Made by a program: the position numbers and the translations under genes. The notes beneath the pieces were generated by a model. It did not search any database and was not told the origin of the DNA. It was given only the letters and a program-made list of their open reading frames with translations. Below, in pieces: positions 55,170 to 62,896 of a stretch of 64,000 bases of DNA (positions are counted from its first letter, which is position 1; each line of letters starts with the position of its first letter). Origin of the DNA: an uncultured Subdoligranulum sp. (GTDB lineage Bacteria > Bacillota > Clostridia > Oscillospirales > Ruminococcaceae); the NCBI RefSeq assembly GCF_963931595.1, contig NZ_OZ007030.1, positions 548,481 through 612,480 on the forward strand, read 5' to 3'.

Positions 55170-55198
55170 TTGCTTTTTGGGTGATAATCGGCTATAAT
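55170..55198 (+). promoter_or_regulatory. Sigma-A promoter of the rpe operon
   Basis: TTGCTT-17-TATAAT. Confidence 0.72.
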
Positions 55199-55271
55199 AT
55201 TCTAGTATATCTCTGTGCGGAAATACGGCACGGAGGAGTGTGGGAAAGATAGAGAAAGGGAGCAACTTCCT

Positions 55272-55928
55272 ATGACCAAAATTGCCGCTTCGATCCTGTC
55301 GGCGGACTTTGCCAACCTCCAGGAGGATTGTACGCGCCTTCTGCAGGAGGGCGTGGATCTTCTGCATATTGATGTGATGGACGGCCACTTTGTGCCCAAC
55401 ATCAGCTACGGCGCACCGGTCCTGCAGAGCCTGCACCAGGCGCTGCCCGATGCCTATTACGACGTGCACCTGATGATCAGCGACCCGGCGCGGTACGCGG
55501 CGGATTTTGCCAAGGCAGGCGCCGACCTGATCACCTTCCACCTGGAGGCGGTGCCCGACACGGCGGAGGAAGTCATTGCCGCCATCCGGGCCACCGGCTG
55601 CCAGGTGGGCATCAGCATCCGGCCGGGAACCCCGGTGGAAGCTGCTTTCCCGTATCTGGGCGTGGCGGATCTGATTCTGGTCATGAGCGTGGAGCCCGGC
55701 TTCGGCGGGCAGAAGTTCCTGCCCGGCACGCCCCGGCGGCTGGCGGTGCTGGATGCCGAGCGCAAGCGCCGGGGCTGTTCCACCGTGCTGGAAGTGGACG
55801 GCGGCATCAACGCCGAGACCGGCCCTGCCTGTGTGCAGGCCGGCGCCGACTGGCTGGTGGTCGGCAATTCGCTGTTCCGCGCGGAGGATCCGGCCGCGGT
55901 GGTACGTCTGCTCCACGGGCAGGCCTGA
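55272..55928 (+). CDS. rpe: Ribulose-phosphate 3-epimerase
   Basis: IAASILSADF, HIDVMDGHFVPN, DVHLM, VMSVEPGFGGQKF, EVDGGI. Confidence 0.96.
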   Translation: MTKIAASILSADFANLQEDCTRLLQEGVDLLHIDVMDGHFVPNISYGAPVLQSLHQALPDAYYDVHLMISDPARYAADFAKAGADLITFHLEAVPDTAEEVIAAIRATGCQVGISIRPGTPVEAAFPYLGVADLILVMSVEPGFGGQKFLPGTPRRLAVLDAERKRRGCSTVLEVDGGINAETGPACVQAGADWLVVGNSLFRAEDPAAVVRLLHGQA

Positions 55929-55954
55929 ACGAACCAAAGGAGATACCAAATCCC

Positions 55955-56974
55955 ATGGCGAATCGTATGAAAATCGAACGCAGCGAGAATTACGATTATT
56001 ATCGTGATCTGCTGTGGTGTTCCGTTCCGTTGATCGGAATGGCCTGGTACTATTATGGCCCCCGTCCGGTGCTGCTGCTGCTGACGGGACTGCTGACGGC
56101 CTATCTGTGCGACTGTGCCCTGGCACCGCTGCACGGGGCAGGGTACCATTCCCATGAGCCGTCCAGCGAATGCTTTGCGGCCCTGATCGTGCTGATGATG
56201 CCGGCAACGGTACCCTACGCGGTGGTCGTTGCGGCCGTCATTGCGGCAGTTCTGGTCAAGGAGGCCTTCGGCGGCGAGGGACACTATCCCTTCCACCCGG
56301 CGGCGGTTGGCATGGCGGTGGCCGGCATTTCCTGGCCGGATGCCGTCTATCAGTATCCCGCCCCCGGCGTCTGGCTGCCGGTGTGGGGCGTTTCCGATGC
56401 CGACCTGGTGGAGGGCATGAACGCTACCCTGCGGGACGGCGGTCTGCCCAGCGCCAGCACCATGAATCTGCTCACCGGCAATGTCTCGGGCGGCCTGGGC
56501 ACCACGGCAGCCCTTGTGGTCATTGCCTGCGGCCTCTTTTTGCTGGTGCGCAGACGCATCCGTCTGTCGGTGCTCATCCCGTTCCTCATCTTCTGCATCG
56601 GCCTGCCCTGGCTGCTGCCCCAGCTCAACGAGCTGCCGGTGGTCAGCTGGCCGTGGGAATATGTGCGCCAGCGTATCTATCTGGAAAAATATATCATTCT
56701 CTCGGGAACGATGCTGTTCGGTGGTCTGTTCCTGATCTGTGAGCCGGTGACCATGCCTAACCGCACCAGCAGCCGTATTGTGTATGGTGCAGCGCTGGGC
56801 ATTGCCACCTATGCCTTCCGGGTGTTCAGCCCCTACGAGAGCGCCGCCTGCCTGGCGTTGCTCATTGTGGGCGCCATTCCGGAATGGCTGGATCTGATCA
56901 GCCACCGCACCGAGCGTATCCGCTTTATGAGGAAGGAGGAGCAGCGCCTTGCCCAGTTTACAAAACCGGAATAA
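55955..56974 (+). CDS. RnfD/NqrB-like membrane protein, divergent (FMN-attachment motif degenerate)
   Basis: KEAFGGEGHYPFHPAAVG, GNVSGGLGTT, LSGTMLFGGLFLICEPVTMP and RIVYGAALG align with RnfD. DLVEGMN lies where DxxSGAT is expected. Confidence 0.8.
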   Translation: MANRMKIERSENYDYYRDLLWCSVPLIGMAWYYYGPRPVLLLLTGLLTAYLCDCALAPLHGAGYHSHEPSSECFAALIVLMMPATVPYAVVVAAVIAAVLVKEAFGGEGHYPFHPAAVGMAVAGISWPDAVYQYPAPGVWLPVWGVSDADLVEGMNATLRDGGLPSASTMNLLTGNVSGGLGTTAALVVIACGLFLLVRRRIRLSVLIPFLIFCIGLPWLLPQLNELPVVSWPWEYVRQRIYLEKYIILSGTMLFGGLFLICEPVTMPNRTSSRIVYGAALGIATYAFRVFSPYESAACLALLIVGAIPEWLDLISHRTERIRFMRKEEQRLAQFTKPE

Positions 56975-58238
56975 CCGCCGCAAGGGGGAAGAACATTCCG
57001 AAACGCTGATCATCCCCCATATTACCAAGGAAATGCTGGAAAAGGCCCGGTCGATGGCGGCGCAGGGGGCATCCCGTGCCGAGATCGAGCAGGCCATTGC
57101 CGAGATGCAGGGGACCATCGCCCCGAAGCCCGAGGAGTCCCAGCCGCAGCCCGAACCGGACGCGCGCCGCATCATTCCCACCAGCCGCAAGCGCCATACC
57201 GACGAGGAGCGCAAGGCGATGCTGGAGCAGATGCGGCAGGAGCAGGCCCAGCGGGAGGCGGAGCGCCGGGAGGAGGCATCCCACCGCACCCAGCGCCCGG
57301 CCTGGCATTTCCCCACGTCCCGGCCTGCACCGGAAAAGCAGCCTGCAGCCCGGCCTGCCGAAACAGCGGAATCCCGCACCGAGGCGACGATCCGCATCCC
57401 GGCGGTAAAGCCGGCACCGCAGCCTGCCCGTCCCGCGGAACCGGCACTGAAAGTGCCGGAACCGGCCCCGGCACCCCAGCAACAGCAGCCGCCGCAGCAG
57501 CAACAGCAGCCGGTTCAGAAAGAACCGGCCCCCCGCAGGGAAGCGCCGCCGGCCGCCCCGAAGCGCCAGGCCGGACTGCTGCGCAGTCGCGCCGAGGCGG
57601 AGGCGGAACTGAATGAAAAGATCCGCAGCGACCATATCTGGCTGTCCAACCCCGTGATGGTCCGCGGCCTTGGCCTGGCACCGGTCATCGGTGCTGCGCT
57701 GGACGGGGAGCGGGCACTGATCCTCTGTGTGGCCAGCCTGCTGCTCATCACCTTTACCCGGGTGCTGGCGGTGGCGGTGTGCCATCTCAGCGGCAACCGG
57801 TTCCGCCCCGTCATCTACAGCTACGCGGCGGCCCTGCTCTATATCCCTGTGTACATTCTGCTGTATGAATTCTTCGGCAACAGCCTGACGGCCCTGGGTA
57901 TCTATCTGCCTATCCTCGTTGTGGAACCGGCCATTGTCAAGCGCATGGAATTCAGTGAACTGGAACCGCTGGGCGACGCTTTGCGCCACGGCTTCAACAA
58001 CGGCATCGGCATGTGCATAGCCCTGCTGATTGTGGGCTGCCTGCGGGAGTTCCTGGCCAGCGGTACGGTGTTCGGTCATGAGGTGATCCAGACGGCGCCG
58101 CTGCCGCTGGCGGCACAGCCTGCCGGCGGTTTCGTCCTGGTGGGCGTCATCGCGGCGGTCTGGTGCGCGGTGGCCAATGCCTACACCGATTATAAACGGG
58201 AGGAGGTGCATCGCCTGTATGCCGGCCGTAAACATTGA
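56949..58238 (+). CDS. RnfE-like membrane protein with a ~230-aa Pro/Gln/Glu/Arg-rich N-terminal extension
   Basis: C-terminal part NPVMVRGLGLAP, LGIYLPILVVEP, GCLREFLASGTVFG, PAGGFV aligns with RnfE. TTG start at 56949 after GGAGG is inferred. Confidence 0.78.
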   Translation: MPSLQNRNNRRKGEEHSETLIIPHITKEMLEKARSMAAQGASRAEIEQAIAEMQGTIAPKPEESQPQPEPDARRIIPTSRKRHTDEERKAMLEQMRQEQAQREAERREEASHRTQRPAWHFPTSRPAPEKQPAARPAETAESRTEATIRIPAVKPAPQPARPAEPALKVPEPAPAPQQQQPPQQQQQPVQKEPAPRREAPPAAPKRQAGLLRSRAEAEAELNEKIRSDHIWLSNPVMVRGLGLAPVIGAALDGERALILCVASLLLITFTRVLAVAVCHLSGNRFRPVIYSYAAALLYIPVYILLYEFFGNSLTALGIYLPILVVEPAIVKRMEFSELEPLGDALRHGFNNGIGMCIALLIVGCLREFLASGTVFGHEVIQTAPLPLAAQPAGGFVLVGVIAAVWCAVANAYTDYKREEVHRLYAGRKH

Positions 58239-58872
58239 ATTTGTGCCGCTGCTGCGCGGTGTGCTGGACTTCATCACCTATATGGGCCTTGCCATCTTTG
58301 CGGAAAACGTCATTCTGGCCCGGGCCCTGGGTGTCACCCGTCTGCTGAAGCTGGTCCCCGACCACAAAGCCCAGGTCTGGGACTTCAGTCTGCCCCTGAT
58401 TCTCGTCATGACCTTTTCCGCCCCCATGGGCTGGGCGGCCCACAATCTGCTGTTTCCTTGGCTGCGTAACTACCTGCCGGAATGGCTGCCCGTGGCGGCC
58501 CTGCGCCCGCTGATTTACCTGAGCTGTGCGTCGGCGGCCATGATCCTGACCTGGATTTTGCTGTTTGTGCTGCCCCGCCGTCAGCGGCAGGCCTGCCACG
58601 CCCAGCTGACCCTGGGCGGCTGCAGTACCGGCGTGCTGGGTGTTCTGCTGATCTGTGCCAACCAGAACTATACCATGATGCAGAGCATTGCCTTCGGATT
58701 GGGCAGTGCGCTGGGCTATGTGTTCATCATCTTTATCGTGCGGGAAGGCCGGCGCCGCCTGCGCAGTAAGGATGTACCGGCGATCTTCCAGGGACTTCCC
58801 AGTTCCCTGATTTATATCGGCATTCTCTCCCTGGCCATCTACGGTCTGGTGGGACATGCCGTTGTGCTCTGA
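58219..58872 (+). CDS. RnfA-like membrane protein, divergent
   Basis: ENVILARALGV, GLGSALGY, IVREGRRRL..KDVPAIFQGLPSSLIYIGILSLAIYGL is the RnfA C-terminus pattern. Confidence 0.8.
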   Translation: MPAVNIEFVPLLRGVLDFITYMGLAIFAENVILARALGVTRLLKLVPDHKAQVWDFSLPLILVMTFSAPMGWAAHNLLFPWLRNYLPEWLPVAALRPLIYLSCASAAMILTWILLFVLPRRQRQACHAQLTLGGCSTGVLGVLLICANQNYTMMQSIAFGLGSALGYVFIIFIVREGRRRLRSKDVPAIFQGLPSSLIYIGILSLAIYGLVGHAVVL

Positions 58873-58892
58873 TTTGGAGGAGGCTTTTTTGT

Positions 58893-60179
58893 ATGGCACT
58901 TCCGTGCTTTGTTGCTGCAGATATTCTGCTTCCGGCTGAGGGCACCCCGCTGGACCCCTGGGCCTGCATTGCGGTGGATCAGTTTACTTCCCAGCCGGAA
59001 TACTGGCAGCGCGCCGAGGAACTGGCCAAGGACCATCCCAGTACGCTGCACATCGTGCTGCCCGAGGCCTACCTTGGCACGCCCCAGGAGGAACAGCGGC
59101 TGCACGATATCCGTGATACCATGGAGCAGTACCGCATCCGGGTGCTGACGCGCCAGGTGCACGGGTATGTGTATGTGGAGCGGACCCAGATGGATGGCAG
59201 CATCCGCCAGGGTCTGGTGGGTGCTGTGGACCTGGAGGCGTACGACTACGCGCCGGGCAGCCACACGGCCATCCGGCCCAGCGAGAGCACCGTGGTAGAG
59301 CGGATTCCGCCGCGCCTGAAAGTGCGCCGCGGCGCGCTGCTGGAAACGCCTCACGTGATGATGCTGGCCGACGATGCGGGCAAGACGCTCATCGAGCCCA
59401 TCGGTGCCTGCAAGGAGGAACTGCCGCTGCTCTATGACGGCGAACTGATGCTGGGCGGCGGACACCTGCGGGGCTGGGCGGTGGAGGACCCCGCCCGTAT
59501 TGCCCAGATCGATGCCGCCCTGGCGGCGCTGGCTGACCCGGAGGCGTTTGCCCGGCGGTGGCCGGCAGCCGCGGGCCAGACCCCCATGGTGCTGGCCGTT
59601 GGCGACGGCAACCACAGCCTGGCCACGGCGAAAGCCTACTGGGAGGAGCTGAAACCCACCCTCACCGAAGAACAGCGCAAGACCCATCCGGCGCGTTGGT
59701 GCCTGGCGGAGGTCTGCAATGTGCACAGCCCGGCCATCGAGATTGAACCCATCCACCGGGTGGTGTTCGGCGTCACGGCCAAGGAGCTGTACCAGGACCT
59801 GGACCGCTGGGACAATGCCCAGGGCAAGCGCACCGAGCCGTCGACCCAGCGGTTCCGTCTGGCGGACCGCCAGGGCGAGATCGCCGTGGCGCTGCAGAAT
59901 CCGTCGGCGCCGCTGACAGTGGGCAGCATCGAGGCCTTCCTGGAGGATTGGCTGCCCAAGCATCCCGATGCCAGCGTGGACTACATCCACGGTGCCTCCA
60001 CGGCGATGGCGCTGGCCTCCCGGCCCGATCGTCCGGCCACAGCCATTCTGCTGCCCGACTTCAACAAGGCGGACCTCTTCCGGGGTGTTGTGCTGGGCGG
60101 CGTACTGCCGCGCAAGACCTTCAGCATGGGTCATGCGGAGGAAAAACGTTATTACAATGAATGCCGAGTGATCGGTTAA
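58893..60179 (+). CDS. DUF1015-family protein (ParB/Srx-like fold)
   Basis: WACIAVDQFTS, LHIVLPE, IRPSESTVVERIPPR, VGDGNHSLATAK, IEPIHRV, LPRKTFSMG. Confidence 0.9.
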   Translation: MALPCFVAADILLPAEGTPLDPWACIAVDQFTSQPEYWQRAEELAKDHPSTLHIVLPEAYLGTPQEEQRLHDIRDTMEQYRIRVLTRQVHGYVYVERTQMDGSIRQGLVGAVDLEAYDYAPGSHTAIRPSESTVVERIPPRLKVRRGALLETPHVMMLADDAGKTLIEPIGACKEELPLLYDGELMLGGGHLRGWAVEDPARIAQIDAALAALADPEAFARRWPAAAGQTPMVLAVGDGNHSLATAKAYWEELKPTLTEEQRKTHPARWCLAEVCNVHSPAIEIEPIHRVVFGVTAKELYQDLDRWDNAQGKRTEPSTQRFRLADRQGEIAVALQNPSAPLTVGSIEAFLEDWLPKHPDASVDYIHGASTAMALASRPDRPATAILLPDFNKADLFRGVVLGGVLPRKTFSMGHAEEKRYYNECRVIG

Positions 60180-60197
60180 AAGAAAATCAGGTGAAGT

Positions 60198-60722
60198 ATG
60201 GAAAAAACCGCACAAAATCCGTCCGGCGCACCGCGCCGCCGTCGTCGCCGCCGCGGTTCCGGCGCGGGTGCTTCCCAGAATGCCCAGAGCCAGGCCGCCC
60301 GGGAAAACGGGAAGCAGGCCCAGCCGGCTGCCAAGGAGAAACCTGCCCGGCAGCAGCCGCCGCGCAAGGAGAATAAAGAACAGAACGCCCCGGCACCTTC
60401 CGCCCGCGGCCGCCATCGGGGCGGTGCCCAGGGGGAGGCGGCTTCCCAGGCGCCTTCGTCCGGCCGTCGCGGCCGGGGCGGCAACGGGGGACAGCAGCAG
60501 GCACCGGCCAAGGAGCAGAACCACGGCCAGAAGCCCTCTTCCCGCGCTTCCCGCAGCCAGCGCCGGGCGGCCGACGAGGACCCCGGGCTGGAGCTCATCG
60601 CGCGCCGTCCGCCCAAACAGAAGTTTGCCAACTTTGAGGAATACCTGGCGGCCCACGGCGGTATGACGGTGCCGCTGCCCGAGGAAGAAACGGCCCCGGT
60701 GAATGACGGAGCCGCCCAATGA
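60198..60722 (+). CDS. Hypothetical low-complexity basic protein
   Basis: R7 tract and G/Q/R/S-rich body, C-terminal QKFANFEEYLAAHGG. Tightly packed in the operon; ATGA overlap with the next gene. Confidence 0.65.
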   Translation: MEKTAQNPSGAPRRRRRRRGSGAGASQNAQSQAARENGKQAQPAAKEKPARQQPPRKENKEQNAPAPSARGRHRGGAQGEAASQAPSSGRRGRGGNGGQQQAPAKEQNHGQKPSSRASRSQRRAADEDPGLELIARRPPKQKFANFEEYLAAHGGMTVPLPEEETAPVNDGAAQ

Positions 60723-61534
60723 CCCCGGCCCTGGCGGCGGCCCTGCGCTGTCCGGTGTGCGGTGGTCCGCTGCTGCTAGTGGGGCGCACCCTGCGGTGCC
60801 CCAAGGCCCACAGCTTTGACCTGGCCAAGGAGGGCTATGCTAATCTGCTGGCCATCCAGAAAAAGCATGCAGCCGATCCGGGGGACGGCAAGGAGATGGT
60901 CCGCGCCCGGCGTGCCTTCCTGGAGGCGGGACACTACGAACCGCTGATGCAGGCGCTGGCTGCACTGTGCGCCGGCCTGCCCCACGGGCATATTGTGGAT
61001 GCGGGCTGCGGGGAAGGCAGCTATGACCGCTATCTGCAGGACGCCCTGCCCGATGCCCGGATCGTCGGCTTTGACCTTTCCAAGGAAGCGGTGCGGCTGG
61101 CGGCCAGAAAGGTGCCGGAGGCCGCCTTCTGCGTGGGCGGCAGCTTCAGTGCCCCGGTGCGGGACGGCTGGGCGGATCTTCTGCTGAACATCTTTTCTCC
61201 CTTTGCGGGGGCGGAGTTCCACCGCATGCTGCGCCCGGGCGGGTATCTGGTCTACGCGGTGCCCACGGCCCGGCATCTCTACGGCCTCAAACAGGTGCTC
61301 TACAAAACACCCTATGAAAATGAGGTAAAACAGACCGCCTACGAGGGTTTTGCCTTCGTGGAGGAGCGGGAGGCCACGGCCACGCTGACCCTGGAAGGGG
61401 AGAGTGTGCAGCAGCTGTTTGCCATGACGCCCTACTACTGGAATACCCCCGCCGACGGTGCGGCCCGGCTGGCGGTCTGCCATACCCTGACCACCGAGAT
61501 CGGGTTCCGGTATCTTCTTTACCGCAAAATCTGA
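60719..61534 (+). CDS. rlmA: RlmA-like rRNA m1G methyltransferase
   Basis: CPVC..CPKAHSFDLAKEGYANLL zinc finger, ARRAFLEAGHY, VDAGCGEG, GFDLSK, IFSP, MTPYYW. Confidence 0.88.
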   Translation: MTPALAAALRCPVCGGPLLLVGRTLRCPKAHSFDLAKEGYANLLAIQKKHAADPGDGKEMVRARRAFLEAGHYEPLMQALAALCAGLPHGHIVDAGCGEGSYDRYLQDALPDARIVGFDLSKEAVRLAARKVPEAAFCVGGSFSAPVRDGWADLLLNIFSPFAGAEFHRMLRPGGYLVYAVPTARHLYGLKQVLYKTPYENEVKQTAYEGFAFVEEREATATLTLEGESVQQLFAMTPYYWNTPADGAARLAVCHTLTTEIGFRYLLYRKI

Positions 61535-61543
61535 ACAGAATAC

Positions 61544-61578
61544 AAGCGACCCGCTGTCTTACAGGCAGCGGGTCGCTT
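61544..61578. terminator. Bidirectional terminator
   Basis: 13-bp IR AAGCGACCCGCTG/CAGCGGGTCGCTT. Confidence 0.8.
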
Positions 61579-61586
61579 CGTGCTTT

Positions 61587-61898
61587 TTACAGGTCGTCGG
61601 CGTCCTGGGTGGGGGTCTCGTACTTGTCATCACGGGGCACGCCGGTCCAGCTGCCCAGCGGGTCCTGCCGGCTGGCGCTGTCCTCCCCGGTCAGTGTCTC
61701 GGGGGCCAGAGGCAGCACCTGCTGGTCCGAATCCGGCGTGTAGTGGTGGGCCGACTGGGTGTCCACCGTGCGCCGGGCCTCCGGGAATGTGTCCGCGGGA
61801 TCGCTGCGGTAGGCCGCGTCGGTCACCTCTCCCAGGTCGGTCCAGAAGGTGTCGCGCTCATCCTCGGCGCCGCGGGGGCCAAACGGTTCATGAAACAT
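61587..61898 (-). CDS. Small acidic hypothetical protein ending GSWTGVP...TPTQDADDL
   Basis: ORF with an AAGGAGG RBS, acidic composition, fills the gap between terminator and divergent gene. Confidence 0.75.
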   Translation of the reverse strand: MFHEPFGPRGAEDERDTFWTDLGEVTDAAYRSDPADTFPEARRTVDTQSAHHYTPDSDQQVLPLAPETLTGEDSASRQDPLGSWTGVPRDDKYETPTQDADDL

Positions 61899-61968
61899 AA
61901 CTCAAACCTCCTTTGGTATACAGGTGGGCTCCACGGCCCACACTATACCTAGATTCTGACACAGAGAG

Positions 61969-62853
61969 GTGTTGTTTATGCGTTCACGGCCCGGTGTTTT
62001 TTGGTACAGCCTGGGGCTGACGCTTTTGCTGCTTCTGCCGCTCATCGGCCTGACGGCCTTTCTGGTGCACCAGCGCCAGGAGCAGAATGTGCTGCGGCAG
62101 GCTGCGGCCGAACGGGGCGGCCTGCCGGTGGAACAGGGCGCCCAGGACAGCTGGCGGATGCTGCTGGTGGTGCAGCAGGAGGAACCCGCCTTTGTGGTGG
62201 CCCGGGTGGATGGTCCGGCCCAGACGGTGACACTCTGCGCGCTGCCCGGCAATCTCCAGGTGGCGGCCCCGGCGGGCACCACCACGCTGGCCGACTGTGC
62301 GCTGTCAGCGGGGGCAGGGCGGGCCGCCCAGCTGCTGAGCCAGACCATTGCCACTGGGGAGACGGCGGTGGGGGAGCTGTACTATCTGGCGGCCACACCG
62401 GCATGCTGGCAGGACTGCGTGGGGTCAACGGCTACGGCCCGTCTGGACACTGCGGCGCTGCTCTCCAAAGAGCAGCGGACGGAGATCGGCTACGGGGAGG
62501 ATTCGGTGGCGGAATTCAGTGCGGCGGATGCACCGGAACTGATTGCCACCTTGCAGGGCGCCCTGGATACGGCGGGCAGACAGGCCGATGTGCGGGCCGC
62601 TGTGTGGGAGGCCTTTGTGCGGCAGAATCCCGATCTGCTGGCCGCCATGCCGGAAGCCTGGCGGCAGTACAGTGCCCGCACCCTCACCGACCTCATGGCC
62701 ACCGAGCTGGGCGGCCTGGAAAAGACGCTGGACTATCTGACCGCCCAGCCGGGGCTGACCGTACAGTACACCACAGCGGAAACCCGGCGTGCAGGGCGGG
62801 AGACTGCCCTCACCGAGGCGGGAATGAAGACTGTGCGGGAACTGCTGCAATAA
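61969..62853 (+). CDS. Membrane-anchored LCP (LytR-CpsA-Psr)-like protein, degenerate
   Basis: Single N-terminal TM, then LLVV..AFVVARVD..TVTLCALPGNLQV and TTTLAD..GAG matching the LCP fold order but without the PRD motif. Confidence 0.55.
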   Translation: MLFMRSRPGVFWYSLGLTLLLLLPLIGLTAFLVHQRQEQNVLRQAAAERGGLPVEQGAQDSWRMLLVVQQEEPAFVVARVDGPAQTVTLCALPGNLQVAAPAGTTTLADCALSAGAGRAAQLLSQTIATGETAVGELYYLAATPACWQDCVGSTATARLDTAALLSKEQRTEIGYGEDSVAEFSAADAPELIATLQGALDTAGRQADVRAAVWEAFVRQNPDLLAAMPEAWRQYSARTLTDLMATELGGLEKTLDYLTAQPGLTVQYTTAETRRAGRETALTEAGMKTVRELLQ

Positions 62854-62855
62854 AC

Positions 62856-62889
62856 AAAAGAGCCGCCTGGCAATGCAGGCGGCTCTTTT
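62856..62889. terminator. Bidirectional terminator
   Basis: AAAAGAGCCGCCTG/CAGGCGGCTCTTTT IR. Confidence 0.82.
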
Positions 62890-62896
62890 CACTTTT

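Noticed and set aside
57474-57515. CAG/CAA-rich tract as a phase-variable repeat
   Set aside because: Imperfect, triplet-based and in frame; it encodes a poly-Gln linker and slippage would not switch the gene off.
55955-58872. Reading the Rnf-like genes as simple pseudogenes or as a normal rnf operon
   Set aside because: No frameshifts or internal stops, and translational coupling is preserved, so not pseudogenes. RnfC/G/B and the cofactor motifs are absent, so not a normal operon. Kept as a finding instead.
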